Below, piece by piece: positions 33,440-47,128 of a stretch of DNA of 64,000 bases. The notes beneath the pieces were generated by a model. It was not told where the DNA came from, ran no database searches, and saw only the letters and a program-made list of their open reading frames with translations. Position 1 is the stretch's first letter. Each line of letters begins with the position of its first letter. The DNA comes from Iphione sp. A-MEVVRFRX5 (Eukaryota): assembly GCA_976226885.1 (NCBI GenBank), contig OZ320317.1:70122001-70186000 (forward strand), given 5' to 3'. Position numbers and translations under genes: made by a program.

Positions 33440-34640
33440 TACAGTTGCATCTGATCAACTGGTGACATCCTTTAGATGCCTCTGGCATCACTATCTAACA
33501 TGGTTGCCATCCATCATTGTCAATTTCCACCCATCCCCACTCACTAGGTGAAGGACTGCCCCCCGACATGACCAGCCTGAAGGGCCACTCTCTTCACATA
33601 CTGACACAGACCTTCCTTTGTTGGTGCAATGTTCTTGACTTGTAGATTTCCATGAGCAAATAGTTGGTTATGTGCCTCCTTCAACTTCTTCAGGGGGAGG
33701 TCCGACTATAGAGGAGAACAAAGAACCTCTTGATTGCATCCGTATCCTTTTCTGTTCCTACTAATGGCACATGCGCTAGATGTTTGAAGACATCTTCCAA
33801 GTTTGGCATGGAATTCCAGATGTCCCATGCTGTCATTTTGCCTATCCCACATATGGCAGACATGGTATCACACCTAGATACGGCATGAAGGAACAGAAGC
33901 CCCCATGCATGCTCAGGATCAATTTGAGCTGAGATGGTGTGAGCTGCAATGTACCTAAACTTCTCATGCCCAAATGCCAGCCAAACTTCACATCCGTCCA
34001 TCACACATGCCATAGCTATGGCTATCACAATTACATCCATGTCAGTGGCAAGAATCACTACACTTCGGTATCCCTGCTGATAAGCATTCCAGGCATGTAG
34101 AAGGATTCGGGAATTGGCCTCTTTATGAGTGCATGGTTGAAGTTGGGAAATATCAGATGGTGGGTTAGAAAGGACCTCTTCATCTTGGGTTGTAAGAAGT
34201 ATTTTCACAGGTGTAACCAGCATACTTTCCAGGGCAGCTGCAAGGTAGCAGAATAATTCCTTTTTGTTTGAATCTACATGAAGGAAGCTGCTCCAGTTTT
34301 GTGGTATTGACATCTTTTCTGTAATATGGAGTGGTGTCCCAGCTACATGACCAATCCTTGTACCTGTAAAACAAGCTGCATATCTTCAGTTTGTCCAGTT
34401 GTTTCTTTCCTTTTCAGAAATGACCTGTATTGTGTGTGGAGAGCTGTCATGCACTCCTTGTGATATACAGCATCTGATGCAGTCATATCATCTACTGAAA
34501 ACCTAGCCAGGAGTTTTGGGTCACTTAACTCAACTGCCATAAAATGAACATTGGCATCAAGGTTTCTAGTCATAGCCCTGTGAAATACTTTGTCATCATC
34601 TATAATGGCCTCACAAAAAAACATGTAAAACCCTGTTCAA
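33440..34640 (-). pseudogene. Decayed XPG/FEN1-like nuclease domain of a probable Academ (AcademX)-type DNA transposon protein
   Basis: PQNWSSFL...NKKELF...CTHKEANSRILLHA...ATDMDV...HAVSRCDTMSAICGIGKMTAWDIW aligns with the PIN/FEN1 acidic motifs (EEAD, DTD, GCD plus H3TH), which are degenerate here; frameshifts on both sides. Confidence 0.6.
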
Positions 34641-34849
34641 TGGGTGCAGATGCAAAACTAGACTCTTTTCTTGACTGGTGTGCTAGCTTCTTGGCTATTT
34701 TCAATATGTCTCTGCTTTCTTGTCCTTGATTTCGCATGATCCACATGAGAACTACTGCACTGGATATAACAGTTTCTGTGCCTTTTGGCATCATGCTTAG
34801 CAAGGGTCACATGAAAACCACAGCCTTCATCTAGCTGGGAAATGTTTAT

Positions 34850-37075
34850 GCCAAAGGCAGTGTGTTCAGATTATTCAATGCCTCAAGATTCTGAACAAGT
34901 TGTCATATACCCCCAACAGTCCATCAGCCTCTGTCCGTTCCCTGATCGTCGCCTTGCTGCCCTTTGTATGGAACCCCAAGGAAGGAGTTCCCGGGGTCCC
35001 CATTGTAACCAAAGGTGGGAATATCTTGCTGTGTCCCCATCTGGGCTGTCCAGGAGAAGGGGTTTGCACTCCCTCAGTACCTGATTTCCTCATGGCCTTA
35101 TCCATGAGATCTACCTCTCTGGGATGCCAGGCCTGCTACTCCTCTTCTGCCATCTTCAGGGATTGGGCAATGGCCTCCAACATCTGCGCCTCCTCAATGG
35201 CTTTGTCTGAGGTGGGGGGGCCTCACCCTGCTTGTGGTGGCCGAAGCTGGAGTACCCCAACTGAGAGGGTCTAACATCAACTAGGGCTGAGGTAACTGCC
35301 TTCTGGGGCTGTAGTGTGACCCATTGGGTGGAGACTCTCCCTCCATTCCCGGCTCCTCCCAAGTCAGCATGGACAGCCCTACCTCCCTGACCTTGGTATC
35401 CACAATTCCCTCCATGGGGGTCATCTCCACTTGAGATGGTGGAAGGGTAGGCTGCCCCTCCTCCTCCCCCGTCATCTCTGGTGGGGGGTGAGCAACAGCC
35501 CTTCCCCCTGTTGTCGCTGCCACTGCCCCCATCTGGGGCACGGAGGAAGCCACTCCCCCAGCTACGCTGATGGGGATAGGGCATCGGCCCTCTCCCCCTT
35601 GTCCCCTGACTTTGCCCCTGCTCGGGGCGTGGAGGGAGCCTCCTCCCTCATCTCTGCCATGGTTTCCACCATTCGGGGGCAGGGTGTTGGCCCTCATCCC
35701 CTTTTCCTCCATCACTGCCCCCATCTGAGGCATTGGAGGAGCCACTTCCCCCATTTCTTCCACCACTGGGGCAGAGCATCAGCCTTCCCCACTTCTCTGC
35801 TGTCGACGTCTCCTCCAGAGGAGCCACTTTCCCCGCACCTGGTTTGGCTGCTGCTGCCCCTGCCTCGACTCCCATGGTGGGGGCGCCCACATCCACCTGG
35901 CACTCCTGCTCCAAATCAGCTGACACCTCCTCTGTTGCTATCAAGAGGATGTTCAGGTCCCCTGCATTGTCTGAATCAATAGAAGAGGTGTGGGGTGGCC
36001 ACTGCCCCATCTGAGTCCAGGAGGCCTTACACTCCACCTCCACCTCCTCCATAAGTTGCCTTGCCTGGTCCTGTGATGCCTTGGTCCCCTGGGGCACTAC
36101 CAGCATGGGAGACATGTCCATCAACACATACTCCTTGGGGCCTTGTGGGGTCATCAATGTAGCTGTTGATCCCACCTTCATCCCAGAGATGTTCCAGTAG
36201 AACTTGTCCTGGGCCACCTCCTCCCCCAACATCAGTGGACGCCCCTTCCACAGACCCTTCCGAGGGGATCCATCTGAGCTGGAGCTGAGGGAGATGACCT
36301 CTTCCACCGATGCTCGGATAGCCTCCAGCTTGCCTTGTCAATTCCTTCTCCTGGAACATTCCCGGGGGGAGCGCAGAGTGATCACCCTCCTTTCTTCTGG
36401 ATGAGAGCAAGATGGTGAGCATGAAGGGGGCTTACTCCGCACCTCCAGCCCCACCTTACTCCGCTTCAACTGGTCCAATGTGTGCTCCAGGGTGACTGCC
36501 ACCTCCTGAGGAGACTTCCCCATTCATGGTGGACATGCTCAGTTCTCCCCCGCCATGGAGATCTGCTGTCCCTGTGCACTCAACAAACACCTCTTGTCCC
36601 ATTAATGCTTCCCAAGGGAATTCCCCACTCTTGCAGCTGGTTTCCCTGGGGATCACTCCCTGTGATGGTGATGTCTAGGAGACCACCTCAACTCGGTGAG
36701 TGCTGCCCCCCTCCGGTACTTTGCCTCTGGCGATCCCCTCGCTCAGTTGCTGCTTCCATGTTTGACCCCATACTCTAGGGCATTCATGGCCAACCAGTCA
36801 CCTCTCCCCAGACCCAGCCTGGACTTCTTGAAATCTGGGGGCAGGATAGCTGGTTTACCACACTTAGGATAGGGGGACTGGTGAATGAACTCCAGGAATT
36901 CCAAGCCTGGATCCTCAACACTACCTTAGAGAGTTTCAGCTGGACCATGCACAGACCAGTCCAGAACCTTTGTAAATTTGGTGATTATCCTTTCTGCTAG
37001 ATGGGGTGGAACATCCACACCTTATCCCCAGGGACGTAGCTCTGCTCCTTCACTCAACTTTCGCAACTCCTCTTC
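34850..37075 (-). mobile_element. Second decayed Gypsy 3' remnant: integrase C-terminus plus a long broken accessory ORF
   Basis: ~37040-36890 reads SYVPGDKVWMFHP..KG*SPNLQRFWTG..VQLKLSKVVLRIQ; downstream ORF pieces at 35648-36307, 35281-35766 and 34875-35105. Confidence 0.6.
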
Positions 37076-37299
37076 ATTCACTCTGCACTAGCCTTCAGTT
37101 TCTGAAGGCAATACACAACTCAGTGGCAGCATCAACATAGTGACAATTCAATAATACTCCTTTAAATACTGGGCATCAAGCCCTCCTGCAAACATCCTTA
37201 ACCAGCACATACATAATAAATATCACAATATTACAATATATTTATCTGCATGAAGCATTTTTTATGCCCTGCTACTGGATGCCCTCACTGCGCCTGCCA

Positions 37300-38760
37300 A
37301 CAACAATCATGAGCAGACAGCATTTGCCATCATCACCTAACAATATGGTATCCAATGAAGATCTTTCAGACCTGGACTCTGATTGGGAAGACAAACTAGC
37401 CCTGGACCCCTACAGATTGCTAAATAATCAAGCTAGGAGATCATCTTCTGATGGATCATCCCAGAGTGATGAAAATTTTGGAGATAATGACAGTGAAATC
37501 CAGAGAGAAAGCCATGATCTTAAGAACAAGAAGATGATGAATGGATATCAATCAAGCCTAACCAAGATAAGGCACAACATTCAGTTGTCTTTGATGAGAG
37601 TTCTCCATGTCTATCTGATGAAATCAACCAAGACAAGACAAAAGGTCCTTCTGACTACTTCTATCTGTTCCTGAATCAAGAATGTTTTACCAAGATCTTG
37701 TCTGACATCAATGGGAGAGCTAGAGGCCACAAACCTAAGGGAAAAGCAAGGAAGTGAACTCCATTTACTATTGCAGAGCTCAAGAATTTCCTGAGTCTAT
37801 CCATGAACATGGTATGATTGTCAAGCCAAGATTTAACCATTATAAGGCAACAATCAAACAAATAGCTAATCCAGTATTTGCAAGGTTTATGACAAGGGAC
37901 AGGTTCAAGTGTCTGCTGAGGTGAGCTAGAAACTATTCAAGAATATGGCATTTCAGCTATTAACTCTTATTTCCCATCAGCAATTTGTTTAATTTCATGT
38001 GAATTTTTTATGTTTTTAACGATTTTCTCCTCACTTGTGCAGGTATTTCAATACATGCAACAACAACAAGTAGAATGACAGTGATGCCCCTCCCCCCTCC
38101 CCACCTGTCTGTGAAGGTTTGCTGGCTTTTTGATGATCTGAATGGACTAGTGAAGAAATTGTATTCTCCTTGACAACAACTCACTGTAGATGAAACTATG
38201 GTTAGACACAAGGGGTTTTTAAGATTTACACAATATATGCCTGCTAAAACCAACATGTCAGGTATTAAGTTATGTGTATTATCTGAGAGTGTCAATGACT
38301 ATTCCCTATTTTGGGAGGGAGCACATGGGTATGTGTTCCTTAGCTGAATATGTTGTCATGGACCTGGTAAAAGAGTATGGACTCCTGGGAAAAGGCCATA
38401 CAATATACATGGATAACTTCTGCACAGGAATTGGTCTCCTCAAAAAACTTTTGACTCTAGGAACACATGCCTGCGGGACTGTAAGAATGAACTCTGAAGG
38501 CCTCCCCAAACATCTGGTGAAAGAGAAAGTGGCTGGCATGAAGAGAACTGGTGACATGAGATTTTCTAAAAGAAATTCTGTCTCTTAGCTATTTGGAAAG
38601 ATAAATGCTTAGTAAGGGTACTATCCACCTGGCATGGGAGTGATACCTCCCACCTCCACATAACTGTCAAAGATCCAATCTCAGGAAAATTAAAGAAAAA
38701 TGAAGCGATCCGTCCAAAAACTGTCTCTGATTATTTCAGGTACATGGGAGATGTAGACAG
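37300..38760 (+). pseudogene. piggyBac-like (PGBD, DDE_Tnp_1_7) transposase, decayed
   Basis: LTVDETMVRHKG..RFTQYMPAK, GLLGKGHTIYMDNFCTG..L...GTHACGTVRMN and DYFRYMGDVDR; stops and frameshifts; probable intron at ~37921-38042. Confidence 0.85.
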
Positions 38761-40374
38761 ATTGAATTGAATTGAATTGAATTGCTTTTATTTATGTCTC
38801 CGATAAATTGGTACAGAGCTTTTCACATAAATATGAGGTATATTGCATCGGTTCATAAAAATGATTATATAATATAAAAAGTCAATGTATAGCAGCTAAG
38901 TAAAACGTAGTATATGTAAGCATCATTACTATGATAGTCTATTGCACAGGCAGGTCAATGTATAACAACTAAGTAAAACGTTGTTTATGTAAACATTGTT
39001 GCTATAGTAATCTATTGCACAGACAGGAAGTTTCACATCTTTGGTTATCAAAATTGCACACGATCACATTTGAGTCTCCTTCAATTATAATGAGGCAGTA
39101 TTGAACAAGTGTGCATCCAATTAGACACAATAGCATTATTGAGACCCAACAGTGCTGTCTCAATTTTCCATAATCACCTAGACTCCACATTGCACTTTAC
39201 AAAATTCCTTGTGCCAGATGGGAACTTATCAATCCAGGGGTAACGCTTCACTCTTCCATAATAAACATACAGATTCAGGTCTGATAGTGAGTGCATTCAG
39301 AACACATTTCACCAAGCATTACTGTTTGATATCATACAGTCTACTAGACACTTTGAACTATCAGCAAGCAGTACTCCAGGATACTGTGCTGAGTTAGTAC
39401 ATCTGCATTATTCCTTTCACACAGCAAGCAATTTCCATACACATGCATAACCTCCACACATATTTTCACCTTTTATACAACCACAGCCAAAGAATCCTGA
39501 TGACAACCGATAACACTCCAAAGACAGATAGCAAGTGCTCTACCAAAAAGATGTGCATTATTCATGTCACTCAGCTGACAAATTTCTATTCAGACTGTTT
39601 TCAGCAGCTCTGACACACTGAGTGTGAATTCGGCATCACAATGTGCTACCTGACCATCGAAAGAACAGCTCTAGGTAGTTTAGCTGCATTTTTCGCTGCA
39701 ATAGGGAGTGAGTTCCACGATGTTACTGCTCTATAGCGCAGTGACCTCGCAAAGTGGGTTGACCTTGGCCTCTCAACCATGAACCCTCTCACTCCCTCTT
39801 CTCTCATCCTGTAGCGCCTTTCCTCAAGCAGCAGGCCCAATGCCTGCAATTTGTGGACTGCCTGCAGGCCTCTGTGATCAATGGTATACCCAAGAAGTTT
39901 TACAGTGGGTGCCAATATCATTGGCTCATTCTGTAGATACACATCTAGCGGTATTTCAGAGGCTTTACCCAGAGGAGTATAAGCACATTTAGACGGACTT
40001 AGCAATAGTCCCTCCCTAGTCACCCACTGATGGACAGCATCCACCATGGTTTGAACCCTCCCTCGAAGTTGCAGGAGGTCAGATGCTTGGACTAACACCG
40101 ATATGTCGTCCGCATACATGACTGGGATGCTGTGTCTTGGCAGGCAGGACGGAAGAGTATCTACCACCAACATAAATGCACTAGGGCCAAAAATTGACCC
40201 CTGGGGCACGCCCTGCTTCAAAACTTTGACGCCAGACATTTCGGCTCCACATCTTACAAATTGCTGCCTATCTGTAAGATAAGAGGCGATCATTCGCCTT
40301 ATCCTCACCCCTGCCCCAAGCACTGTTAGGCGTTCCATAATCTTGTGATGCTGTACTACGACAGATGTGACCAA
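38761..40374 (-). mobile_element. 5'-truncated non-LTR retrotransposon (CR1/L2-group-like) with an RT fragment and a (CAATT)n tail
   Basis: GVPQGSIFGP...MYADDISVL at 39646-40374; AATAAA plus (CAATT)n at 38761-38790 on the minus strand. Confidence 0.85.
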
Positions 40375-41473
40375 TAATTATAATACTATGATTATGCTAG
40401 GAAATTATTTTGGTGTGTTGTTGAAATTATGAACATTAATTCAATGATCTTATACAAGTAGGTAAAGCCAAACCAATGTCATTCTTTAATTTTTTACTGG
40501 AACTTGTGATAGGCTTGATGTCTTCACCAGTAGAGGAGAGGAGGCCTATGAAATGTAGTGAGCTTAGTCACCTGACATCAAGATGTTTTCCATAAGACCT
40601 TGATCATAAGAGCTACTGCAGGGTATGCTATTTTCATGTGAGTAAAGGTTTGCAACTGACAAGATCCCAGACTAAATATGGATGCAAAAGTTGTGATGTT
40701 CATCTCTGTATACCTGTTTCCATATGTATCATATGATCAAGCATCTTGATCGTCTTAACATTCAGGACTAGGTCATTGACAAATACTTGCTCAAAAAGCA
40801 TGAATTTACATGTATTTGATTAAAAACACCCTGGGAATGAAAAATAAACATGCATAATGTATTGAAATAATTGACTTACTTGGTGTATTTTTTTCTCTAG
40901 CACATATGTCCATACATGTCTTATCCATAACGAATAAATAAATTATGTAAATCCATGTTTATGTAATGTGAGAAGTAAAAGGTCCATTTGATGTGTAAAT
41001 CCAATTGACAATAAATAAACTCATATTTATGCAGGAAAAGTAATTCAAAGTGTATCTCCACAATGACTTTTCCTTAGGCAATTGGACAAATAATGCTTCA
41101 GCTAGTTTGAAAAAATACACAAATCCATGATGTTAAGCCATCTGATTATCCTGAACATATTGTATCATGTCTCTGGTCTCTGGAATGGATGACTTCGCGA
41201 AATAAAGAAGGTCCACATGGTGAAGTGAGCTCAGTGTGTTCTCTTCCAGTGCAAATGAGAACTGTCTTTATTCAAGAAAATCTGTCCCTTATATACAGAA
41301 TCTCGCTCTAAAATTAGCCACAATGATGTAACAGTACTCCTAAAAAAAGCAACAATCAAAAAACCTTTTCTTCCGACAATATGATGTAAGAAGTAAATTT
41401 TCCATTTGATTTGTAAATCTAAGTGACAATTCAGAAAAAGTCCATATTTATCTAGAAAAGGTAATTAAAACTA

Positions 41474-42337
41474 CAGTAAAACCCCTCCACAATGAACATC
41501 AGTGGGACTGGTCTGAGAGTGTCCGAGTCCATCAAAGGAGGGATGGTAACAGGTCCTCTGGGGTGTGAGGGACGAGGTCCCACCTTGCTGGGGTGAAGGT
41601 ACCCTTCAAAGGAGGGATAGTATTGGTTCCGACAGGGTGTGAGGGACGAGGTTGCACCTCTCCTGCGTGTGCAAATCCATCAAAGGAGTGGACAAGGGTG
41701 AACGACTGCCCCTCTCCAGGGTGCTGAGACAAGGTCTCACCTCGCTGGGTGAGGTACCCATGAAAGGAGGGATGGTAGTGGTTCGGACAGGGTGTGAGGG
41801 ACAAGGTTGCACCTCTCCTGCGTGTGCAAATCCATCAAAGGAGTGGACAAGGGTGAACGACTGCCCCTCTCCAGGGTGCTGAGACAAGGTCTCACCTCGC
41901 TGGGTCAGGTACCCATCAAAGGAGGGATGGTAGTGGTTCGGACAGGGTGTGAGGGACAAGGTTGCACCTCTCCTGCGTGTGCAAATCCATCAAAGGAGTG
42001 GACAAGGCTGAACGACTGCCCCTCTCAAGGGTGCTGAGACAAGGTCTCACCTCGCTGGGTTAGGTACCCATCAAAGGAGGGATGGTAGCGGTTCCGACAG
42101 GGTGTGAGGGACGAGGTCACCCCTTCTCCAGGGTGAGTATCCACTGTAGACCATGTAAAATTAAGATTCAGGACTGAAAAACAAGTGTCTCTAGATGGGT
42201 GGCTGTTGTGTGTAAGTGTCCATTGTGTCTGGTCCATGGTAAACGTTATTTACTGTTTATGTTTGGGACTGTCCATCTGGCATCCATTGTAGGGGTCATC
42301 TGCTGTGTACGTGCGTCCGTTGCAAGGGTCTCCACTG
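41474..42337. mobile_element. Tc1/mariner(pogo)-type non-autonomous element containing a 155-bp tandem repeat
   Basis: TA|CAGTAAAACCC...GGGTCTCCACTG|TA degenerate TIRs; ~3.2 copies of a 155-bp unit at 41635-42130. Confidence 0.7.
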
Positions 42338-44076
42338 TACATGTATATCTGCACAATTAATTTTCCTGAGACAATTGAACAAAATAATAGCAATTTCACC
42401 AAATTATAAGGCTGGTTTTCCATGCATACAGAAAACATGTCCGGAACACGTGAGCGTGAATGTGGAAAAAAATGGCATAATGGTTATGAGAGCGAGTGTT
42501 TCCATGCACATGGGTTTCACCCCCTGTGTGTTCCATGTTCCGGAGTCCAGAGACCTTTTACGGACCAGGGCCATAAATTTTTCCACAGCACAGACTCCTG
42601 GGGGTATATGTTATGTAATAGGGGTGTGGCAGCGGTCATGTGATGGTCATGTGATGCATGTTGTCCATACATGACAACACGTTTGCGTGTGAGCGCACGT
42701 AGTTTTGCCATGTAAAATCATGGGTTTTCGTGCTGAAGAGCACTTCATTGAGCTACTCCAAGAAGATCGCTGGACCACACGCCAAAAACAGACACCATGG
42801 GATTCTTCAAATGCAAAGGCAGTGAGCATCTGATTGAGCTTGTGAGACAACATCACAATTTATACGACATGTCTTGAAAAGACTACAAGGATCACATCAA
42901 GGCCAACAACAGCTGGCAAGCCATCACAGACGAGATGAAGAAGTTCCTGAAGAAGGCAACAGGTAGGCACCAAGAGTTTGTACCTACTTGATTTAAAACT
43001 TCAGACAATTTAGGTCTCAGACATTAATAGTCTCGGACATTCATTGTCTGCTAGTTGAGTACCCATGTTTGGTATCCGTCCTAAGAAACTCATTTACATT
43101 TTGGTATATTTGGCCCCTCCTTTCTACTCTGCAAAATATCCGATTTTACCTCCCGTGCTAGTAAGCTGCTTGCAATTTTTTAGTAATGTTCTCTGACAAT
43201 TGTGGACAATTGAATGTTTGGTGAACTATAATACGTGGTCGTATGACCTCGCAGATATTATATAAGTGTATGAGATGCTAAAGTACTGTATGCATATATT
43301 ACATTTGAGTTTGAGCATATGTGATACTTTCCAACATTTAGTTATGTTCTATGATAATCATGGCCAATTAAATGTATGATGAACTATGGAGCCAATTAAT
43401 GTCTGAGATATGTGAAAATGCCGCTTGGTAATGATGTTGCTATGTCTGATGATATCGCAGACAAATTAATGTCTGTGATATGTGTTTTGAATGTAACGTT
43501 TGCTACCTGTAGGTCATAAAACTTAACATGCAATGGAAAAATTTTGGTAAGGTATTAAGGTGTTTGCATGCCTATCGAAGTCCTCTCCTAAACATGAGTG
43601 ACAGAGGGAGTGATCTAGGTGTAAGGACCGCTGTAGCAGACAATTGTCTGTGAAGCCCTACACTGACATCGCTGTTGGGTGACGAGTGCTGCCACTATCC
43701 CTCAGCCACTGCACCTGCCTAGTGTCTTGGAAGCCCCTTCCCCTGACACCGTGGTCGAGTGATGAGTGCTGCCATGCTACCCCGCGACCCGAAGCCCTCT
43801 CTCTGTGTCCCATGACCATGAAGCCCTTCTGTGTGTGCTTCCATCCACAAAGCCCCTCTGTGTGCTGCCTGTGCTGGTGAGACCTCTGTGTGTGTACCCC
43901 CCACTGTGAAGCCCTTTGTGTGCCACTGCCGCCGCCGATATGGCCCGTGTGTGTGTACCCCCCATCATGAAGCCCTCTGAGTGCTGCTGCCACTAAGACC
44001 TCTGGATCCCCCTCCCCCTCTCCCACTTACGCAAAGCCCTCAGTGCCACCGGAGCATCACATTGTCTGTGACAGAT

Positions 44077-47000
44077 ATGTCAGGGAAACATCCAAAGCCC
44101 TCCACCAGCAAGGAAATGCCCAGCCATCAAGGAGAAAGTGACTATGATCCAACTTCACACAAGGAGGTATGCAGAAGGTATCAAAAGAGAAAAGGAAAGA
44201 AAGATGGGCCCAGATTCTGCAAGCATGTAGCCAAGCTGAGGCGTGAAGCCAGGAAGAGGGACCGCTTGGGTGAGCATTGATGTTGCATTCATATGAAATG
44301 TCACTGACCATTATGTATGTGTATTACATGTGTAGTATGACTCATTCTCTTGGTTATGTTGGTACCCGCTGAGAAAAGTATGTAACATTGTGTGTTTCAT
44401 TCAATATATTGCGCCCTCACAGACTGTGACATAATATCACAGACAATGTGATGTCTTATGATCTATGGAGATCATATAAGATGGCTTGATCTTATGGTTG
44501 TTACATGTGTAGTGTGACTCCTTCTCGTGTTTTATCCTAGTACAGGCTGATAAAACATGTGTGTTTCATTGAGTATGTCTCAACTTCACAGACATGTACT
44601 TGTCTGTCATATGATATTGCGGACATTTAATGGTTAGTGATATAATATCGTGGATAATGACCATCTGGTGATCTATGGAGACCATGTAAAATGGCGCAGA
44701 CCCTTATGGCTGTTCCATGTGTAGTGTGACTCCTTCTCGTGCTTCTATTAGTACAGGCTGATAAAGCATTTTGTGTTTCATTGAGTATGTTTCACCCTCA
44801 CAGACATGTACTTGTCTGTCATATGATATTGCAGATATTTAATGGTCAGTGATATAATATCGTGGATAATGACCATCTGGTAATCTATGGAGACCATATA
44901 AAATGGGGCAGACCCTTATGGCTGTTCCATGTGTAGTGTGACTCCTTCTCATGCTTATGTTAGTACAGGCTGATAAGGCATTTTGTGTTTCATTGAGTAT
45001 GTTTCACCCTCGCAGACATGTACTTGTCTGTCATATGATATCATGGATATTTAATGGTCAGTGATATAATGTCGCGGATAATAACCGTCTGGTAATCTAT
45101 GGAGATCATATAAAATTGGGCAGACCCTTATGGCTGTTCCATGTGTAGTGTGACTCCTTCTCATGCTTATGTTAGTACAGGCTGATAAAACATTTTGTGT
45201 TTCGTTGAGTATGTTTCACCCTCACAGACATGTACTTGTCTGTCATATGATATCACGGACAATGAACGTCTGATATCTGAGTGTCTTCATATTTTGACAT
45301 GCCCTTTCATGTACAGTACAATCTTGATTTCTGACCAGTGGTTGGGTCTGGCTGAAAATGGTTGTAATAGCAAGTTTGGTCGGAATTCAATCATTGTTAA
45401 CTACAGAAATCAGTACTTTCGTTCCAGGCTGTAGTGGTCGTAATAGCAAGAATGGTCGGAAATTGATGTGGTCGCAAATTAAGACTCCACTGTATGTTAC
45501 AGCTTCAAATCTACCACCCATAAAGCCCCAGTGCCATTTGATTATATCTTTAACCAGGAACTAGATATTCTCTATCACATGACAGAGCTCTTCCATATCA
45601 TCCTGGGGTAGCATACTACCATCTATTGTTGAGAAATGAGAGACCAGAATACATCATGTCCAACTGATGGCAAAGACCCATGTAATTTTTAACATGACAT
45701 TAATACAATTAGTAATTACAAATTACTTGACCTGGTAGTAACATATTATACTCGTAGGCACTCTGAAGGAGATGAGCCTCACAAGCGCCGAGTCTCTGAT
45801 GGGTCTCAGCAGCGCCGGGTCTCTGATTAAGGGGGTATCAGGCACCACAGGAGCAAGGCCCCCGCCAACCCTGATGAACCCAAGTGGCATAAATCAAAGG
45901 TCAAGCTTTCTGCCAAGGCATTGGACACAGATGAGGCACCGACGCCAACGAACCCCAGCACCCACAGAGGAGCAGGGCCCCTTTTAGTGCTGCTGGCACT
46001 GATGAACCCAAGCAGCGTAAAGCAAAGGTCAAGCATTCTGCCAAGGCATCGGACACAGATGAGGCCACCGACGCCGACAAACCCCAGTGCCCACAGAGGA
46101 GCAAGGCACCTTCTTGTGCTGCCCATGATGAACCCAAGCGGCGTAAATCGAAGGTGAAGCCCAAGGTGTCAGACACAGATGAAACCACCAACGCTGATGA
46201 ACCCAGGCGCCCACAGAAGAGCAAGGCCCCTTCTCATGCTGCTGACGCTGATGAACCAAAGCGCACCCAGAGGAAGGCCCCTTCTCATGCTGCCGAGGCA
46301 CTCAGGCGCCCGGAGGAAAAGAGCACACAGATGGCGAATGATGACTGGAGGCTTCACCAGCAGGTCTGCATTCTCACAGACCAAGTTACACAGCAGCAGG
46401 CTCAAATCAACTCAGTGAGCCAAACCCTAACAGAAGTAATGAAGGCGATGGGCCAGGTGTCCCACTTCCAGGAGCAGCTCGCCACTGAGGTCTCAGAGAG
46501 GAGACAAGAAGCCCGGAATATCGGGTGTCACATAGACCATCTAAGTTAAGACCTCGAGTGCCTCTCCATGGCAGGAAATGCCCATGATGACACCAGCTGT
46601 CAAACCGAGAAGGTTAAGATGTGTGAAGTGGCCACACAGACAGACCCTCGTGTAGCACTCAAAGAGAGAAGCACAGGAATTGTTATGAAGGTGCTTAAGT
46701 GTGCCAAGTCTGCTGGAGTAGATGCAGGCACATAGACAACTCCTCTGATGGACAAAACTGAACCCATGGAGGAAGACCTGAATGTTGTAGATGAAGCCGC
46801 ACAGACTGCAGTTCTACTGCAGACATTAGAGTGTGTGAGGTGCTTTGCCCGACTAGCCTACGTAGATGACAGCACCCAGACGCAGGCTCCATCCCTTGTA
46901 CCACAAGCTGCCGGAGGGAGCGATATACATTCCCTCTTCAGTATGGAGGAAGACGATGTCCTTGATTGTCGGACCCTTAACCACCAGGACCTGCAAAACA

Positions 47001-47128
47001 TGCTTGACAACTACAAGCGGGTGGCGGGGAGCTGCACAATGAAAGACTACCTGATAAGATGTGTGCAGAACGCTATGAGGAGTGGGAGGCGTGAATTGTA
47101 TTTGGATCCACCAAGTGGAAAATCTTAG
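44077..47128 (+). pseudogene. Third, unidentified gene carried in the Harbinger element (basic DEPK-repeat region, then a coiled-coil-like region)
   Basis: Exon-like 44074-44269 with a GTGAGC donor; acceptor at 45757; collinear ORF pieces 46154-46549 and 46748-47128; AATAAA at ~47197; broken by stops and frameshifts. Confidence 0.5.
44330..45270. repeat. 212-bp tandem repeat, ~4 copies
   Basis: GAGTATGT anchor at 44571, 44783, 44995 and 45207. Confidence 0.92.

Noticed and set aside
42870-42880. In-frame TGA in the MADF exon as a selenocysteine or readthrough codon
   Set aside because: The element is otherwise decayed (many stops and frameshifts), and the change fits an ordinary CGA>TGA type mutation.
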